Assembly: GCA_038087875.1 (NCBI GenBank)
Contig: CM075981.1
Location: forward strand, 52,824,001-52,888,000
DNA length: 64,000 nucleotides
Direction of reading: 5' to 3'
Source: Malacoraja senta
Lineage: Eukaryota
Part shown: positions 25,701 through 37,874 of the stretch, in pieces
How the letters are laid out: every line of letters starts with the position of its first letter
Position numbering within the stretch: the stretch's first letter is position 1
Made by a program: the position numbers and the translations under genes
Notes under the pieces: model-generated
The model's database searches: none
Told to the model about the DNA's origin: nothing
The model's input: the letters and a program-made list of their open reading frames with translations, nothing else

Positions 25701-25853
25701 TAGACACAAGGAACTGCAGATGCTGGAATCTTGTCTAGAACGCTAAGTACAGGAGTAACTCAGCGGGCCTCCATGTCCTCCAGGCAGCATCTCTGGAGGA
25801 CATGGATAGTTGATGCTTTGGGTCAGGATGCTTCAGATTGGAAGGCTCTATAC
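25701..25853 (-). mobile_element. Single-arm Penelope-tail insertion with 13-bp TSD
   Basis: agacacaaggaactgcagatgctgg...; TSD agagatgtggcta at 25688-25700 and 25854-25866. Confidence 0.82.
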
Positions 25854-26213
25854 AGAGATGTGGCTACATGGATGGAAATATGTGTAATTTAGGAAGGACA
25901 GAAACCAATGAAAGTGTGGAAGAGCGCCTCTCAATGAATGATCTTTGTGCAATAGAGATGGATGTGTAAGTTAAGGAGACCAGGATGTAGAAGCAGATGG
26001 TAGATGAGAAAGCATGAACTCGCTTGTAAGAGTGGTGCCTATATAGCGAATCAGAATATCCTGGAGTTGACCTAAGTGTAGAGTATAGGTGACTCCTGCA
26101 TTACTGGTGTTCACGTTCCAGAAAACGGTCTACATTGCCATTTTCTGTATTGTTAGGCTGTGTCATTTGCACATGTCAGGAAGTTTGAATTGAAAATTTT
26201 GTTTTATTTGTAC

Positions 26214-27033
26214 TTAGGGGCGGCGAATGATGGCAGCCTCTGCCTACAGTCTGTCCGTTTTTCCATCTTTTTGTGATTTTTAGTCTTGTTTTAACAAAGT
26301 ATGTTTCGGAGGTTTCTTAGTCTTTGTATGTGGGGGAGGTGGGGAGGGTAAGGGGGGAACCGTTTCTCAGTCATTTCCTGGCGAGGATGCGACTATTCTC
26401 CGAGTCGCATCTTTGCCCCCCCCCCCGCGGCCTACCAAGTGGATTGGCGCGGCCTTTCCTGCCGTAGACCAACCAGAGCTTCAGCGGCGGCGCAGCACTG
26501 GATTTTGCGGGCGATGCCTTACCTGGGATCGCGGTTTGAAGCTTCGGAGTGTTGGGCCTGCTGCTTCAACATCGTGGAGCTGTGGTTTGCAGAGCTTTCA
26601 GCCGCGGGCGGCGCTGATTTCAACATCGTGGAGTCCTGGGATCCCTTTGCCGAGGGCCGCCAGTGTGAATCTCCGCCCAGCTCGGCCTGTGGACTTCGGG
26701 AGCCGCAGTCTCCGGTAAGATGTGGCCGATTCGGAAGTTGAAGCCGCTGAGAATGTTCTTCCGTTCCGACGTCGGAGTTCCATCATCCCGGCGAGAGGGC
26801 CTGAACATCGGGCCGCCCGTAGCGGCGACTGCCCCGACCATGGGTGAACAACAAAGAGAAGGATGACTGAACTTTGGTGCCTTCCCTCACAGTGGGAAAC
26901 TTTGATTCTGCTGTGTGGGGATGTTTATGTTAAAGTCTATCGTGCGCTTTCTTTTTTATTCGTATGGTATGGTAACCCAAATTTCACTGTACCAATTGGT
27001 GCATGTGACAATAAATGTAACTTGAACTTGAAC
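26214..27033 (+). mobile_element. GC-rich non-coding retroposon with AATAAA and (ttgaac)n tail
   Basis: Sharp GC/CpG-rich block in an AT-rich intron, ending acaataaatgtaacttgaacttgaac. No credible ORF. Confidence 0.6.
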
Positions 27034-27110
27034 CTATTTGCAAAATTGTGCGAAATTGTTTTTTTATTTGGCACTGCATTTGTTTTTGGAGATGTGTGAA
27101 TTTTGTAAGT

Positions 27111-27324
27111 TGCTTAAGAAGGAACTGCAGATGCTGGAAAATCGAAGGTAGAGAAAAATGCTGGAGAAACTCAGTGGGTGAGGCAGCATCCATGGAGCGA
27201 AGGAAATAGGCAACGTTTCGGGTCGAGAAGCGTCGAGTGTGATCTCGACTCGAAACGTTGCCTATTTCCTTAGCTTCGTAGATGCTGCCTCACCCGCTGA
27301 GTTTCTCCAGTATTTTTGTCTACC
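27111..27324. mobile_element. Palindromic Penelope-tail insertion with 16-bp TSD
   Basis: 83-bp inverted arms at 27146-27228 and 27243-27325. Perfect TSD tgtgaattttgtaagt at 27095-27110 and 27325-27340. Confidence 0.9.
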
Positions 27325-27749
27325 TGTGAATTTTGTAAGTGAATTTCTGTTGCCTGAATTGCCATAACGCATGAGTCATCTACACACAAAACCTGGTATT
27401 TGCAATGAGCTAGGATTGATCAATTATTAGCATCCGAGGTTCAAAGGGATCTTTTAGGATACACTAAACACATGAAAAATTCCAAGAGAAAGTCCTGTTT
27501 TCTGTTCACTAGAAAGACAGTATCAAACTTAAAGTGTATAATTGTATAAGAAAAGAATGCTGGTCCAGAAAATTGGACAGAATACATGTTCCTAAAAATG
27601 TAAAGAATGACTATATATTTGTAAAACAAGCAAAGAATTACAAAGATTTAATAAGGATGTACAAATTGGAATAGGTCCGGAAATGTGTAAAGTGATAATA
27701 GTCTCCAAACTATTAATATTTTTTAAACTGCTTTTAACAAACTAACAAA

Positions 27750-29690
27750 TCTAACATCCTTTATTCAAAAAGGGGAATAGAAGCACAGATGAAAATTATA
27801 CGCAACTTACCTTCATGTCTATTGTCAGAAAATTGAGATGGTATAGCAGGGCAATAGAAAAATCAAGTCATCATGGTTTTATGAAACAGAGATCATATTT
27901 GACCAATAGATTGGAGTTCTTGGAAGAAGTAAAGGGGAACTCATGGATGTACTGTAATTGAATTTCCAGAAAGCATTTGAAAAAATGCCACATCAAAGAT
28001 TATTGCTGAAAAGCTCATGATCTAAGAGGTGTCTTATTAGTGTGGGTAGAACATTGGCTAGCTAACAGGAAACCAAGAGCATGAATAAGTGGGTCTTTTT
28101 CTGGTTGGCAAAATGAAATGAGTGGTGTGCCGCAGGGGTCGGTGATGAGGCTCAGTGTCTTTGCAATTTGTGTAACTTTGATATAGGAACTGAATTGATA
28201 TAGTTGATAAATTTGGCAATAAATCAAAATAGACAGGAAGGTAAGGTGAAGAATTCATGAGGTTATAAAGGGAAAAATATAGCTTGAGTGGACAAAGACC
28301 TTGGAAATGGAGTATAATGTGGGGAAATGTGGCATTTTGCCAGGAAAAAAACCCAGAGATTGCAAAGTTCATAGAAGTACCTAGGAGTACAAGTGTCTTG
28401 TTCCCTGAGAGTGGTGCACAGGTTGATAGGGTGGCAAAGAAGGCTTTTGGCCTGAAGGCTTTCGTCAGTCAGTATAGAGTATAGAAGTTGCACAAGGTGT
28501 CAGTGAGGCCACACTTGGAGCATTGTTCAGTTTTGGTCACCTTGCTATAGGAAAAATGCTATTAAGCTGGAAAGGGTATAGGAAATATTTACAAGGATGT
28601 TGCCAGGACTCGAGGGCCTGCGCTATAGGGAGAGGTTGGGCAGGCTTGGACCTTATTCCTTGGAGTGCAAGAAACTGGGTGGTGATCCTATAGAGGTGTG
28701 TAAAATCATGAGAGGGATAGGGTAAATATAGTTTTTTTTCCCAGGGTAAGGCAATCAAGAACCAGAGATGTGGGGAAAGATTTAATAGGAACGGCTTTTC
28801 ACAGAGTGGTGGGTATGTAGAACAAACTTCCAGGGGAAGTAGTTGAGTCAGGTAAAATAACAACATTTAAAAGACACTTGGACAAGCCACATGGGATATG
28901 GGCATAACATAGGTAAATGGGACTGGCTTAAATGGGGCATCTTGGTTGGCATGGACAGCTCCGTGCTGTGTCACTTTGACTCCACTCTGCAGTGAGTAAT
29001 TAGCGCTGCTACTGGATGTCATAATTTTCTTGGGGAATGCAGAAGGTTATGCATCATGGGACCTTGACAAGATCACATTGAACACTGTGTAATAGTTATT
29101 GTATTTAAGGAAGGATATTCACGTGTTGGAAGCAGTCCGGACAAAGTTTGCCAGATGATTCATGGAATTGGGAGATTGACTTGGGAGGAAAGGTTGGACA
29201 GGCTAGGTTTGTACCTGCTGGAGTTTAGAACTTGATTGAAACATAAAATCCTGTCATTTTCACAGTAAGGATATGGAGATAGTATTTCCCTTTGTGGGTG
29301 AATCTGGCATGCGTGATCACACATTTAACACAGAGATAAGGCTTTTCTTTCTCTTTGTGGGTACAAGTCTTCAGAGGGGGGGTCAAGGAAAGAGCGTTCA
29401 CGTCGCGGTCCTGTTTTCACCAATCTTTCCACCACCAGGCAAAAGAAGCGCAAGACAGACACCATTGTACGCAGATGCCGAGAAGTGTGTTCAACTCTGG
29501 CTGAACAACTAATCTTGTGTGTGGACTCGATAAGAAGAAGAAGTCTTCAGAGAATGTGGAAGCAGATTTAGAATATTTTTAAGATGGCTAAATGGAATTT
29601 TGATAAACTAATATTGACTTGCAATCAGATCAGCCAGGACCGTATTGAGTGATGGAGCAGGTTTGGAGAATCGAGTAACCTATGTTTGTA
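27750..29690 (+). mobile_element. Old, degraded CR1 RT region containing a second CR1 3' piece (about 28370-28985)
   Basis: Remnants of HGFMK, FQKAF, SGVPQGSV and VRPHLE, with two separate CR1 3' ends. Confidence 0.7.
29377..29540 (+). mobile_element. Short LINE 3' end with (AAG)n tail, RTE-like
   Basis: 12-bp TSD aagtcttcagag at 29365-29376 and 29541-29552. Tail taagaagaag. The RTE assignment is inferred from the tail type only. Confidence 0.7.
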
Positions 29691-30708
29691 TTGGAAATTT
29701 GTGAGTTTCAAAGAAAGCCAATTGTCTGACACGTTAAATAATCTGATTGATGTGCAGCACTTTTGGCACATTGTAAGCTTCATGAGACCATAAATAAAGT
29801 GGGGATCTGCCTGGTTTTCCATCCCATGTCAGCCTTTTCTATTCATATTCATTGTGGTGGCTGTTACGCCTCAGCCTACCTTCCAGCTGATATTGAAATA
29901 TACGTCATCTTTAACGCAGTAAGAATCCCTGAAGCATTTTGACACATGACAGGTTGAATTTGGTGCAGCTTCTGTTTTATTTAGATCCACAGCACTTTGT
30001 AGATTTGCACAGACAGATGAGCAAACTTCTGCAGAAATTTACAATAATTATGGGATTTTAAAACATGTTTTTATCAGTCTGAAATCAAGCTTTTATTTTA
30101 TTCAAATTTTATTCTAAGAATAGCAATGACTGATTTCTATTTTCAGTATCCGCAACTCCTTAATCTCTTGTCTCCTACGACACTTGCATGTTTTAAGCTT
30201 AGCTACACTGGGACTTTAAAATAATAGTGACAGAGGTCAGGCAACAGAATTGGGTTTGGCTATTTTATAAAGACTGTTATCACATAAGGAAGAGAGATTC
30301 TTATTTGCTGGTCCATATCGGTGGATTTGATATTATATTCGTGTTTTTGATCGTCTTTGAATTTACTTCTAGTAATGAGATTTATATCACTGTAGCTTTG
30401 ATTACAATTCTGAATTTTTTTTTGAGAAGCCAGCTGTATTTCATTGGTGAGGCAAGGTGAAATATGTTAAGTTCAGAGTTCCAGCAATTCTTAAATGACA
30501 TTAGAGGAACAACTTTGAATTCTTTGCTATTTGGAAATGTTATTTGCTGCATGTTGGTAAGTTGAATTTGCAGCATGCATAATCTTACAGCAATTTGTTT
30601 AAAGTGGAGAATTGGGAACTGTAGAGGCATGCCTATTTTGCATCTATATCATACTAGTTGCATTTTAAAGTTTGAAAATCCCTGGTTAACACAGACAAAT
30701 GTTCATAT

Positions 30709-30923
30709 TGTAGTGAGACCAGGCAGGTTGAGCAAAATATTCTTTATTAACAAAAACGAATGCTCGAAACACCGCGTACCTAGTCTAGAACTAACGATTA
30801 CAGCTCCTGTCAATGTGAGGAGCGCTAACTACTGATTACTCTCAGAAGCCCGTGAATGAACTCACCGGTCACGTGACAGTCCCGACCAATGAATACCCAG
30901 CCCCACCTCTAGGTGCCGCTACA
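30709..30923 (-). repeat. 3' LTR (215 bp)
   Basis: tgtagtgagacc...gccgctaca, followed by agaccccccc (polypurine tract on the minus strand). Confidence 0.93.
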
Positions 30924-30924
30924 A

Positions 30925-33326
30925 GACCCCCCCAGAACCTGAGGAAGGAAAACGAGCGGGAGTCCGAATTAGGCGGCCAGACCATGTGGAGACAGGATGA
31001 ACAGGCACAACAGGGGCAACCGGCGAAAGCGGGATGGCCAGCGAACGACCTCTACGACGGGGTTGGGCCACCAACACTGGGCGGTCAACATCCAGGTGGG
31101 AGCTCACGGTCGAAGGCGCTGTAATTCCACTCAGGGGGGCGCAGGTGCAGGCTGAAAAAAGCAAGCGGCTGCCAGCGACCGTCGATAAACTGTTCAAGGA
31201 CCCCTCCCCCCCCGACAGCGGTGTCAGAAGCGTCGACAGTGAGGGCGGTTGTGGCAGCTGCCCGCGGGTGTACGTGCATCGTGACATTCGCAAGCGCCTC
31301 CTTGGCCCCGTCAAAAGCGGCCGTAGTCTCTGCATCCCACACCAGGTCCCGCTGCTTGCCTGCCAGACACTGGAACAAAGGCCGCATGACCCGGGCCGCT
31401 GCTGGCACAAATTGATGATAAAAATGATCATGCCCACACATTCTTGGAGGCCTTTAACGGTGTCTGGCCGGGGAAACTGCCGAATCGCCTCCACCTTGGC
31501 AGGGAGCGGAGTTGCGCCTTTTTGGGTAACGCGGTGGCCGAGGAATGAGATGGAGTCGAGACCGAACTGGCATTTGGTGGGGTTAATGGCGAGGCCGTGG
31601 CCCTTGAGGCACTGGCACAACAACCGGAGGTGCGCGCAGTGCTCCTGGTGGGAGCAGCTGGCGACCAGAATGTCATCGAGGTAGATGAACACAAAGTTCA
31701 ACCTCGGCCGACCATGTCAATAAGCGGCTGAAAGGCTTGTGCGGCATTTTTGAGGCCAAACGGCATCCGCAACCATTCAAATCGGCCAAAAGGGGTAATG
31801 ATGGCGGTCTTAGGCACATAATCAGGGCGGACATGGATCTGGTGGCACCAGATCAACTTTAGAAAAAAATGTAGCCCCGTCTAAATGGGCCATGAATTCC
31901 TGTATGTGCGGGACGGGGTAGTTGTGGCGTTATTAAGACGGCGGTAGACCCCGCATGGTCTCCACCTGCCGGACGACTTGGGGACCATATGGAGTGGGGA
32001 AGCCCATGGGCAGTCGGAGCGCCGCACAATACCCATCTCCTCCATGCACTGGAACTCCTTAGCCAACCGCAGCTTGTCGGGCGGGAGCTTGCACGCTCAT
32101 GCGTGGAGCGGAGGGCCGGTGGTGGGGATGTGGTGAACAACACCATGTTTAGGGGTGGCCGATTTAAACTGGGGGGGTCAGGATTTCAGGGAACTTGGCC
32201 AGAATTTGGGCATAGGCATCGTCCGTGTCAGACACTGAGCCGAGGTGTGGGCTGGAGGAGGCTGCGGCGATGCGTGCTGGAGGGTGTCGGGGTGAACGCT
32301 GGCCCTTGACATCGACCAGTGGGGAGTAGGCCCGTAGGAAATCGGCGTCTAGCAATGGTTGGGAGACGTTGGCAATGGTAAATGGCCATTTGAAATGGCG
32401 GGAGCCAAAAACGAGGGGAACAGTGCGAATGCCATAAGTTCGGATGGGGCTGCCGTTGACGGCGGTCAGGGTGGGGCCTCGCTTATCAGAACAGGTGCCG
32501 ACCTCGGACGGGGGCAGTATGCTGATCTCGCCCCCGTGTCTACGTGGAATCTGAGCCCGGAATAGCAGCCCCAGACGTAGAGGCGATGTTTCTGCCCGAC
32601 TGCGATAGCCTCTTCTGCCGATCGGCCGAAGTATTTCCTGGATGCGAGCAGGGAGAATGACATCGGCCGGTCTCCGCACCCCAGCATTGGCGGTAGTAAC
32701 ACCACAGGCGCTTTTTGGGATCCACCGCAGTCGGTCGTGGCATTGTCGGGCGAGGGTGGAACGGGCCATCGCAGAGCTGTAGACACTCGGCTGATGGAAG
32801 AGCCGTCCTGCTGCTTGGCGAGGCACAGATCGTCCGCCCGCTCGGCGAGTTGCAGGGGGTCGGTGAAGTCTCTACCGGCGAGGTGCAGGCAGATGTCGTC
32901 GAGCATCTGCTCGAGGAAAGCCTGCTCGAACAGGAGACAAGGCTGGTGACCGTCCAACAGCAAAAGCATTTAGCTCATCAGCACCAACGGCTTGCGGTTA
33001 CCGAAGCCGTCTATGTGCAGGATCCGGGCAGCGCGATCGCGGTGGCTGAGCCTGAAAGTACGCAGCAGCAGCGTCTTGAGGCCCTCGTAATTGTTGTTGG
33101 CAGGTGGATTTTGGAGGTGAGGGAGCAATCGGGTGCTGGTTTCTTGGTTGAGCGCGCTGACCACGTAGAAGTATTTCGTGGAATCCGCGACGATTTGCCG
33201 AATTTGGAATTGTGCCTAAATGTGTTGGAACCACACATGAGGTTGGACTGCCCAGAAAACAGGCAGTTCAAGCGAAACCGCGTTCTACTGGGCGGGGTTG
33301 ACGTCGAGGTTCTCGGCGGTGTTCAT
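30925..33326 (-). pseudogene. Gypsy gag-pol, frameshifted, with a deletion removing most of the integrase
   Basis: ATG at 33326. Gag LPVFWAVQPHVWF...KYFYVVSAL and degenerate knuckle WCYYRQCWGAETGRCHSPC. After RNase H the sequence jumps near 31097 to the pol C-terminus LDVDRPVLVAQPRRRGR. Confidence 0.88.
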
Positions 33327-33351
33327 GATCGGACCCGAAAAATGTTCGGAT

Positions 33352-33365
33352 CGTCGTGGTCACCA
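33352..33365 (-). promoter_or_regulatory. Primer-binding site complementary to the tRNA-Trp 3' end
   Basis: Minus strand TGGTGACCACGACG, 1 nt from the 5' LTR. This is a 13/14 match to TGGTGACCCCGACG, the tRNA-Trp PBS as I recall it. Confidence 0.75.
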
Positions 33366-33486
33366 ATGTAGTGAGACCAGGCAAGTTGAGCGAAATATTC
33401 TTTATTAACAAAAACAAATGCTCGAGACAGTCTAGAACTAACGATTACAGCTCCTGTCGATGCGAGGAGCGCTAACTACTGATTAC

Positions 33487-35327
33487 TAGAGCCGGGATGT
33501 TTAGGCACTCTGATAGGCAGGCAAAAAGGCCTCATAAAATTACAAAAAAGGCACTAAAAAGGCATTTATTTCCACCACCAAAATATGGTTAAAAATGATA
33601 ATATAGAAGTATACTACATTAAATGACCAAAGTTGCCTGGTTGCACATAATTACGAACATATTTTTCAAATCTGGTGTTAAACTATGCCGTCTGTCATGC
33701 AGAATATGCTTCAGTTGTGCAAAACTTCTTTCTACCTCAGCTGAGGTCACTGGTGCATACCCGAAACAAGCTACAGACTCTCTATTCATGTCGATATCTT
33801 GTGGCATTACAACTACCTTTGAGAACTTTAGCTATGTTTTCTATTTCTTTCAGATCTTTGTTAGCTAAAATCACTCTGTTAGCTAAAGTCACATTTTGCT
33901 TGTTTGTCTTTACCTACATCGCCAGAAACCTTACGAATATCGACAGTTACTTTGATGAAAACCTGTCAGTTATTCACTAATGTTTTGCCACGTTTCTCAA
34001 GGGAAGTGATAGCTTGTGGGAAGTTTGCAAAATTGGAAGCAGTAAACACAAGATCGCGGTGGAGGGACTTTTTCTGTTTGACTTCACTGACGATCCTGAC
34101 TGCAGCAGATTCTTCTCCTTCAAAACAGTTGACGATTTATTTTATCTTTTCAAAATTTGCAGCCTAGGAGAGTACAGCAGAGAGCCATGTACCCCACCTA
34201 GTCAAAACAGGCTGAGGAGGTAGTGGAATCTCGGGTGCCATTTCCTTGAACAACTGCACACGTGACAGTGGTTTGAGGAAGATTTTCTTGACATTGGAAA
34301 CTAGGCGATTGACATCTGGAAACAAGCTACGTATGTGCTTGGTAATTCTATGAAATCCTTGAGCTGAGCATGTCAAATGCAACATTTTGGGGAACAAAAC
34401 TTTAAGTCACAAACAGAAGAACATTCTTGTGTTTTATACCTTCTGGCCAATGTACAGCAACTGAAGATGTAAACAACTGAGCAATAGTTGAGCTGTTTGA
34501 CTTCTCCAATACTTCCGATGTCAACAAATACTCCTTTGATGGTTGACCTGCCTCCAGTGTACCGATGACCACATTGGCAACACATCTCCCCACAGCATCG
34601 GTTGTCTCGTCTATTGAGATCCATATTTTGTTGCATGCAACTTCATCTCTAATTTTCTGCAAAACAATGTTGAAGTTGCTGTCAACATTTTTTTCCGTAA
34701 TGATGACTTGCTTGGTATATGTTCCTCTGTGTATTTCTCTAAAAAAAACTCAAGATTTGTTTTCCAATTTCCATGGTGGAATTCCAGCATCAATGAATGC
34801 CTTGCACAGATCACTCAAACTCAGATTTGCGACTGGAGCCAGCAGTAAATCTAGTGAGGAGACAAGCTTGGGTATATCGCTTGGGTAGTATACATCCCAG
34901 CAGTATCAACATTGACTTCTACAATCCTACAACTTTATGCTGCGCACGCCATACGCAAGAAGAAGTTTCTCCAGCATTTTTTGTCTACCTTCGATTTTTC
35001 GAGCTGCAATTCTTTTTAAAAAAGATCTTGGAGAAGACTGAACCAGCGGGCAGCGGCACGAACGAATGAACGACTGACGGTGGCGCCCCTGGTTTCGCTC
35101 CGTGGTGGAAATTTTCTTGTAAGTTATACTATGTTAACACGTTAATAATAACTTATTAATATTAACATAGAGAACATAATTGTAATCACAGTACAACTAG
35201 AGAAAATAGCACGACCTTTTAGCAAAATGGCAAAAAAAGGCTGATTTAGGCACTCGATCGTGAAAAAGGCATTATCCACAGATCATCAGGAAAGGCACAT
35301 GGCATTCATGGCAAAATCCTGGCTCTA
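33487..35327 (-). mobile_element. hAT DNA transposon (CGGBP1/DUF659-like transposase), 1841 bp
   Basis: TIRs tagagccgggat and atcctggctcta; 8-bp TSD ctgattac at 33479-33486 and 35328-35335; subterminal aaaggca repeats at both ends. Confidence 0.93.
33619..34870 (-). pseudogene. hAT transposase, frameshifted and partly deleted
   Basis: [32 protein letters not shown] (CxxH decayed), LTRWGTW and APVTSAEVERSF...DRRHSL. Confidence 0.88.
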
Positions 35328-36374
35328 CTGATTACTCTCAAAAGCCCGCGAACGAACGGTCACGTGACAGTCCCGACCAATGACGAGGGTTCTGAATACC
35401 CAGCCCCACCAATAGGTGCCGCTACAATATATCTGTTTATTGTTTGAAAAAAATTCATTCAGGCAATAGAAACTCATAATATCATGTTTAAGTAAAATGA
35501 CTTGAGTAAAGTGACTAGCTAATTATGCTGTTACATTTTGAAAATTGAGATATAGCAGAAGGAAAAAAGGTGAAGAGATGATAAATTCCATGAATTTTAT
35601 ATTCGTGAGAATGAGTTGGCAGAGAGACTTTGAAGTGACTATTCATTGTAGTACTGATGTTGTAGAAAGTAGGCATTTTATGTAGGATGAAATGAACAAG
35701 AGTAGGAAGTTCAGAGCAGTGCTAACACCAGTTGTATCAGTAAGATGGAAAGAAAAAAGTTAGCAAAATTGGAAATTTGTGTGTTTGTGAGAGAGAATAT
35801 TTGGCTTTAGGGAATCTGACATTGCTGACCGCCATCACACACATGAGAGCAGTATTTAAACCTTGGACAATTTTTGTTGAATTATTAGTTATAAGATTAG
35901 TTTAAGATGCTTTCTCATATGATCTATTGTGTAATTTCATTTAAGGTTAGTAAACATTTTAGTGAGACTGCATTTATCTATGGAAAGTCAACAATTATGT
36001 TTTGCACTTCCTGGTTAACAGAAAAACTTGTGGACATTCAATACACAGATTAGTGGCATCAAAATCAAAACTGATATTTTGCTGAATACTCTTCTTTTTG
36101 AGCAACATTCCGATCAACATCAGTAGGTGGGCTATTTGGTGCATTTTGCACAGGCAGTGCTTAACTTGTACACTATTTCTAACCTGATCTTTGCATTTGG
36201 CAACAAATGTGCAGTCCTTTTTATACATTTAAGGAGTCTAATGTTTATTACAAGCAAATGTCCCAAAAAATCAAAGTCCCTGTGGCATGTTGTGAAAGCT
36301 TGGTGTAGTTGAGTATTTTTGGGATATGGATTGAATTTTTATTTTAATACCCAGCATCTTTTTTTTTTTTTTGC

Positions 36375-36660
36375 GTGGCACTGTTGTGCAGATAGTAGAG
36401 TATCAATCTTGGAGCATCAGAGATCCAGGCCCAGTCCTGACCTCTGGTGCTGCCTGCTTGGAGATTGCAAGTTGTCCCTGTGATCATCTGAGTTTCTTCT
36501 AGGTACTCTAGTTTTCTCCCACATTCCAAAGATGGATGGGTTGGTAGGTTAATTGACTCTATATCATCCCTAATGTGAAGGTGGGGTGGTAGAATCTGGA
36601 GGGCGTTGAGAATATAAACAAAAAGTGGGAGTATTGTAAGATTGGTGTAAACTACTGTTT
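36375..36660 (+). mobile_element. V-SINE (HE1-like), degraded
   Basis: Homologous to 23196-23507 (tRNA head, ttctcccacattccaaagat, ggttaattg). Confidence 0.7.
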
Positions 36661-36829
36661 TGTCCAATTGAATATTGGAAATGCAGCATCCTTTTTCTTT
36701 GCTTCTCTGACCTTTCCAAACTTGCTTGGTAGCCTCCAATCTTCCATGATCTGCAATATTTAGCCTTATTTAATCTCTATCATTTATTATTTGCTCGTTG
36801 TGATGTCCAAACGTATTATCTATCACCAG

Positions 36830-37272
36830 TAATGTCCAGGAGCGAAAAAGACTACAAAAAGTTGTGACCACTGCCCAGTCCATCACCGGCTTTGCCCTCC
36901 CCACCGTCGAAGGGATCTATCGTAGTCGCTGCCTCAAAGGCAGCCAAAATCATCAAGGACCCACACCATCCTGGCCACACACTAAAGAAGGTACAGGAGC
37001 CTGAAGACTGTAACGTCCAGGTTCAGGAACAGCTACTTCCCCAGAGCCCAGGCTATTAAACGAATAAGCTCTGAGCTCTGAACTGCAAAAGACTATATTA
37101 TTATTTGTTATTTGCACTATATTTGTTATTTATTGAACTTTTTCTTTTTTTCCCGTTATATACAATGTTCACATATTCACATATTCTGTTGTGCTGCAGC
37201 AAGTAAGAATTTCATTGTCCCGTCCGGGACCTATGACAATAAAACACTCTTGACTCTTTTGACTTGACTCTT
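36830..37272 (+). mobile_element. Rex1/Babar LINE 3' fragment
   Basis: LQKVVTTAQSITG...IIKDPHHPGH...SRFRNSYFP, then AATAAA and a (ttgact)n tail. Confidence 0.8.
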
Positions 37273-37662
37273 GTTGCTGACCTATTTTGGCTCTGGTTTA
37301 TCGGAGTCTCTGATTTAAAATTTGTTGTCTTGCGTTTTAGTTCTTCTATGTATTTGCACATCCAGATCTTTGTAATCTTTATAAAATTATTGACAAACGC
37401 AGTCAATCAACAGTAAACTAGTGTACTTTGATATACTGCAACATGGACTGGCACTGTACGTTTTAACACTCTCATCCTAGCAATCCATAGTTTCTTCAAA
37501 TACAGAGTACAAACGTTCTGTGAAGTTTATTTATCTTATTATTGCATCTCATCAATCCACAGGTTTAAAAAATAGTGATGCTCTATAACAGGATCAAAAT
37601 CTCTACTTGCACAAAATTAGGAACAAATTCCTGCAATAAAAAATTGAACAGTATGTTGACCA

Positions 37663-37874
37663 CATAGACACAAGGAACTGAAGATGCCGGTTTACAAAAA
37701 AAGACAAAATGCTGGAGTAACTCAGCCGATCAGGCAGCATCTGTGGAGAACATGGGTATGTGACGTTGCAGGTCCGGATCCTTCCTCAGAATGACATGCT
37801 GCCTGACCCTCTGAGTTCCTCCAGGACTTTGTTTATCACTCAAGATTACAGCATCTGCAGTCCCTTGTGTCTCC
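37663..37874. mobile_element. Palindromic Penelope-tail insertion
   Basis: Inverted ends agacacaaggaactg and cagtcccttgtgtct. Probable TSD atgttga(c/t)ca at 37653-37662 and 37875-37884. Confidence 0.8.

Larger units (their letters stand above)
30709..35426 (-). mobile_element. Ty3/Gypsy LTR retrotransposon (CsRn1-like) with integrase deleted
   Basis: TG...CA LTRs; ATAT TSD at 30705-30708 and 35427-35430; PBS; PPT; gag, protease (VDTGA), RT (WASPLHMVPK, YLDDILV) and RNase H (VDASDTAVGG, YSAFDREL). Confidence 0.95.
33367..35426 (-). repeat. 5' LTR split by a hAT insertion (33367-33486 and 35328-35426)
   Basis: The two halves align collinearly to 30709-30923. Confidence 0.92.

Noticed and set aside
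31034-33371. Long plus-strand ORFs (216 aa and 218 aa)
   Set aside because: These are antisense shadows of GC-rich Gypsy gag-pol with no recognisable domain.
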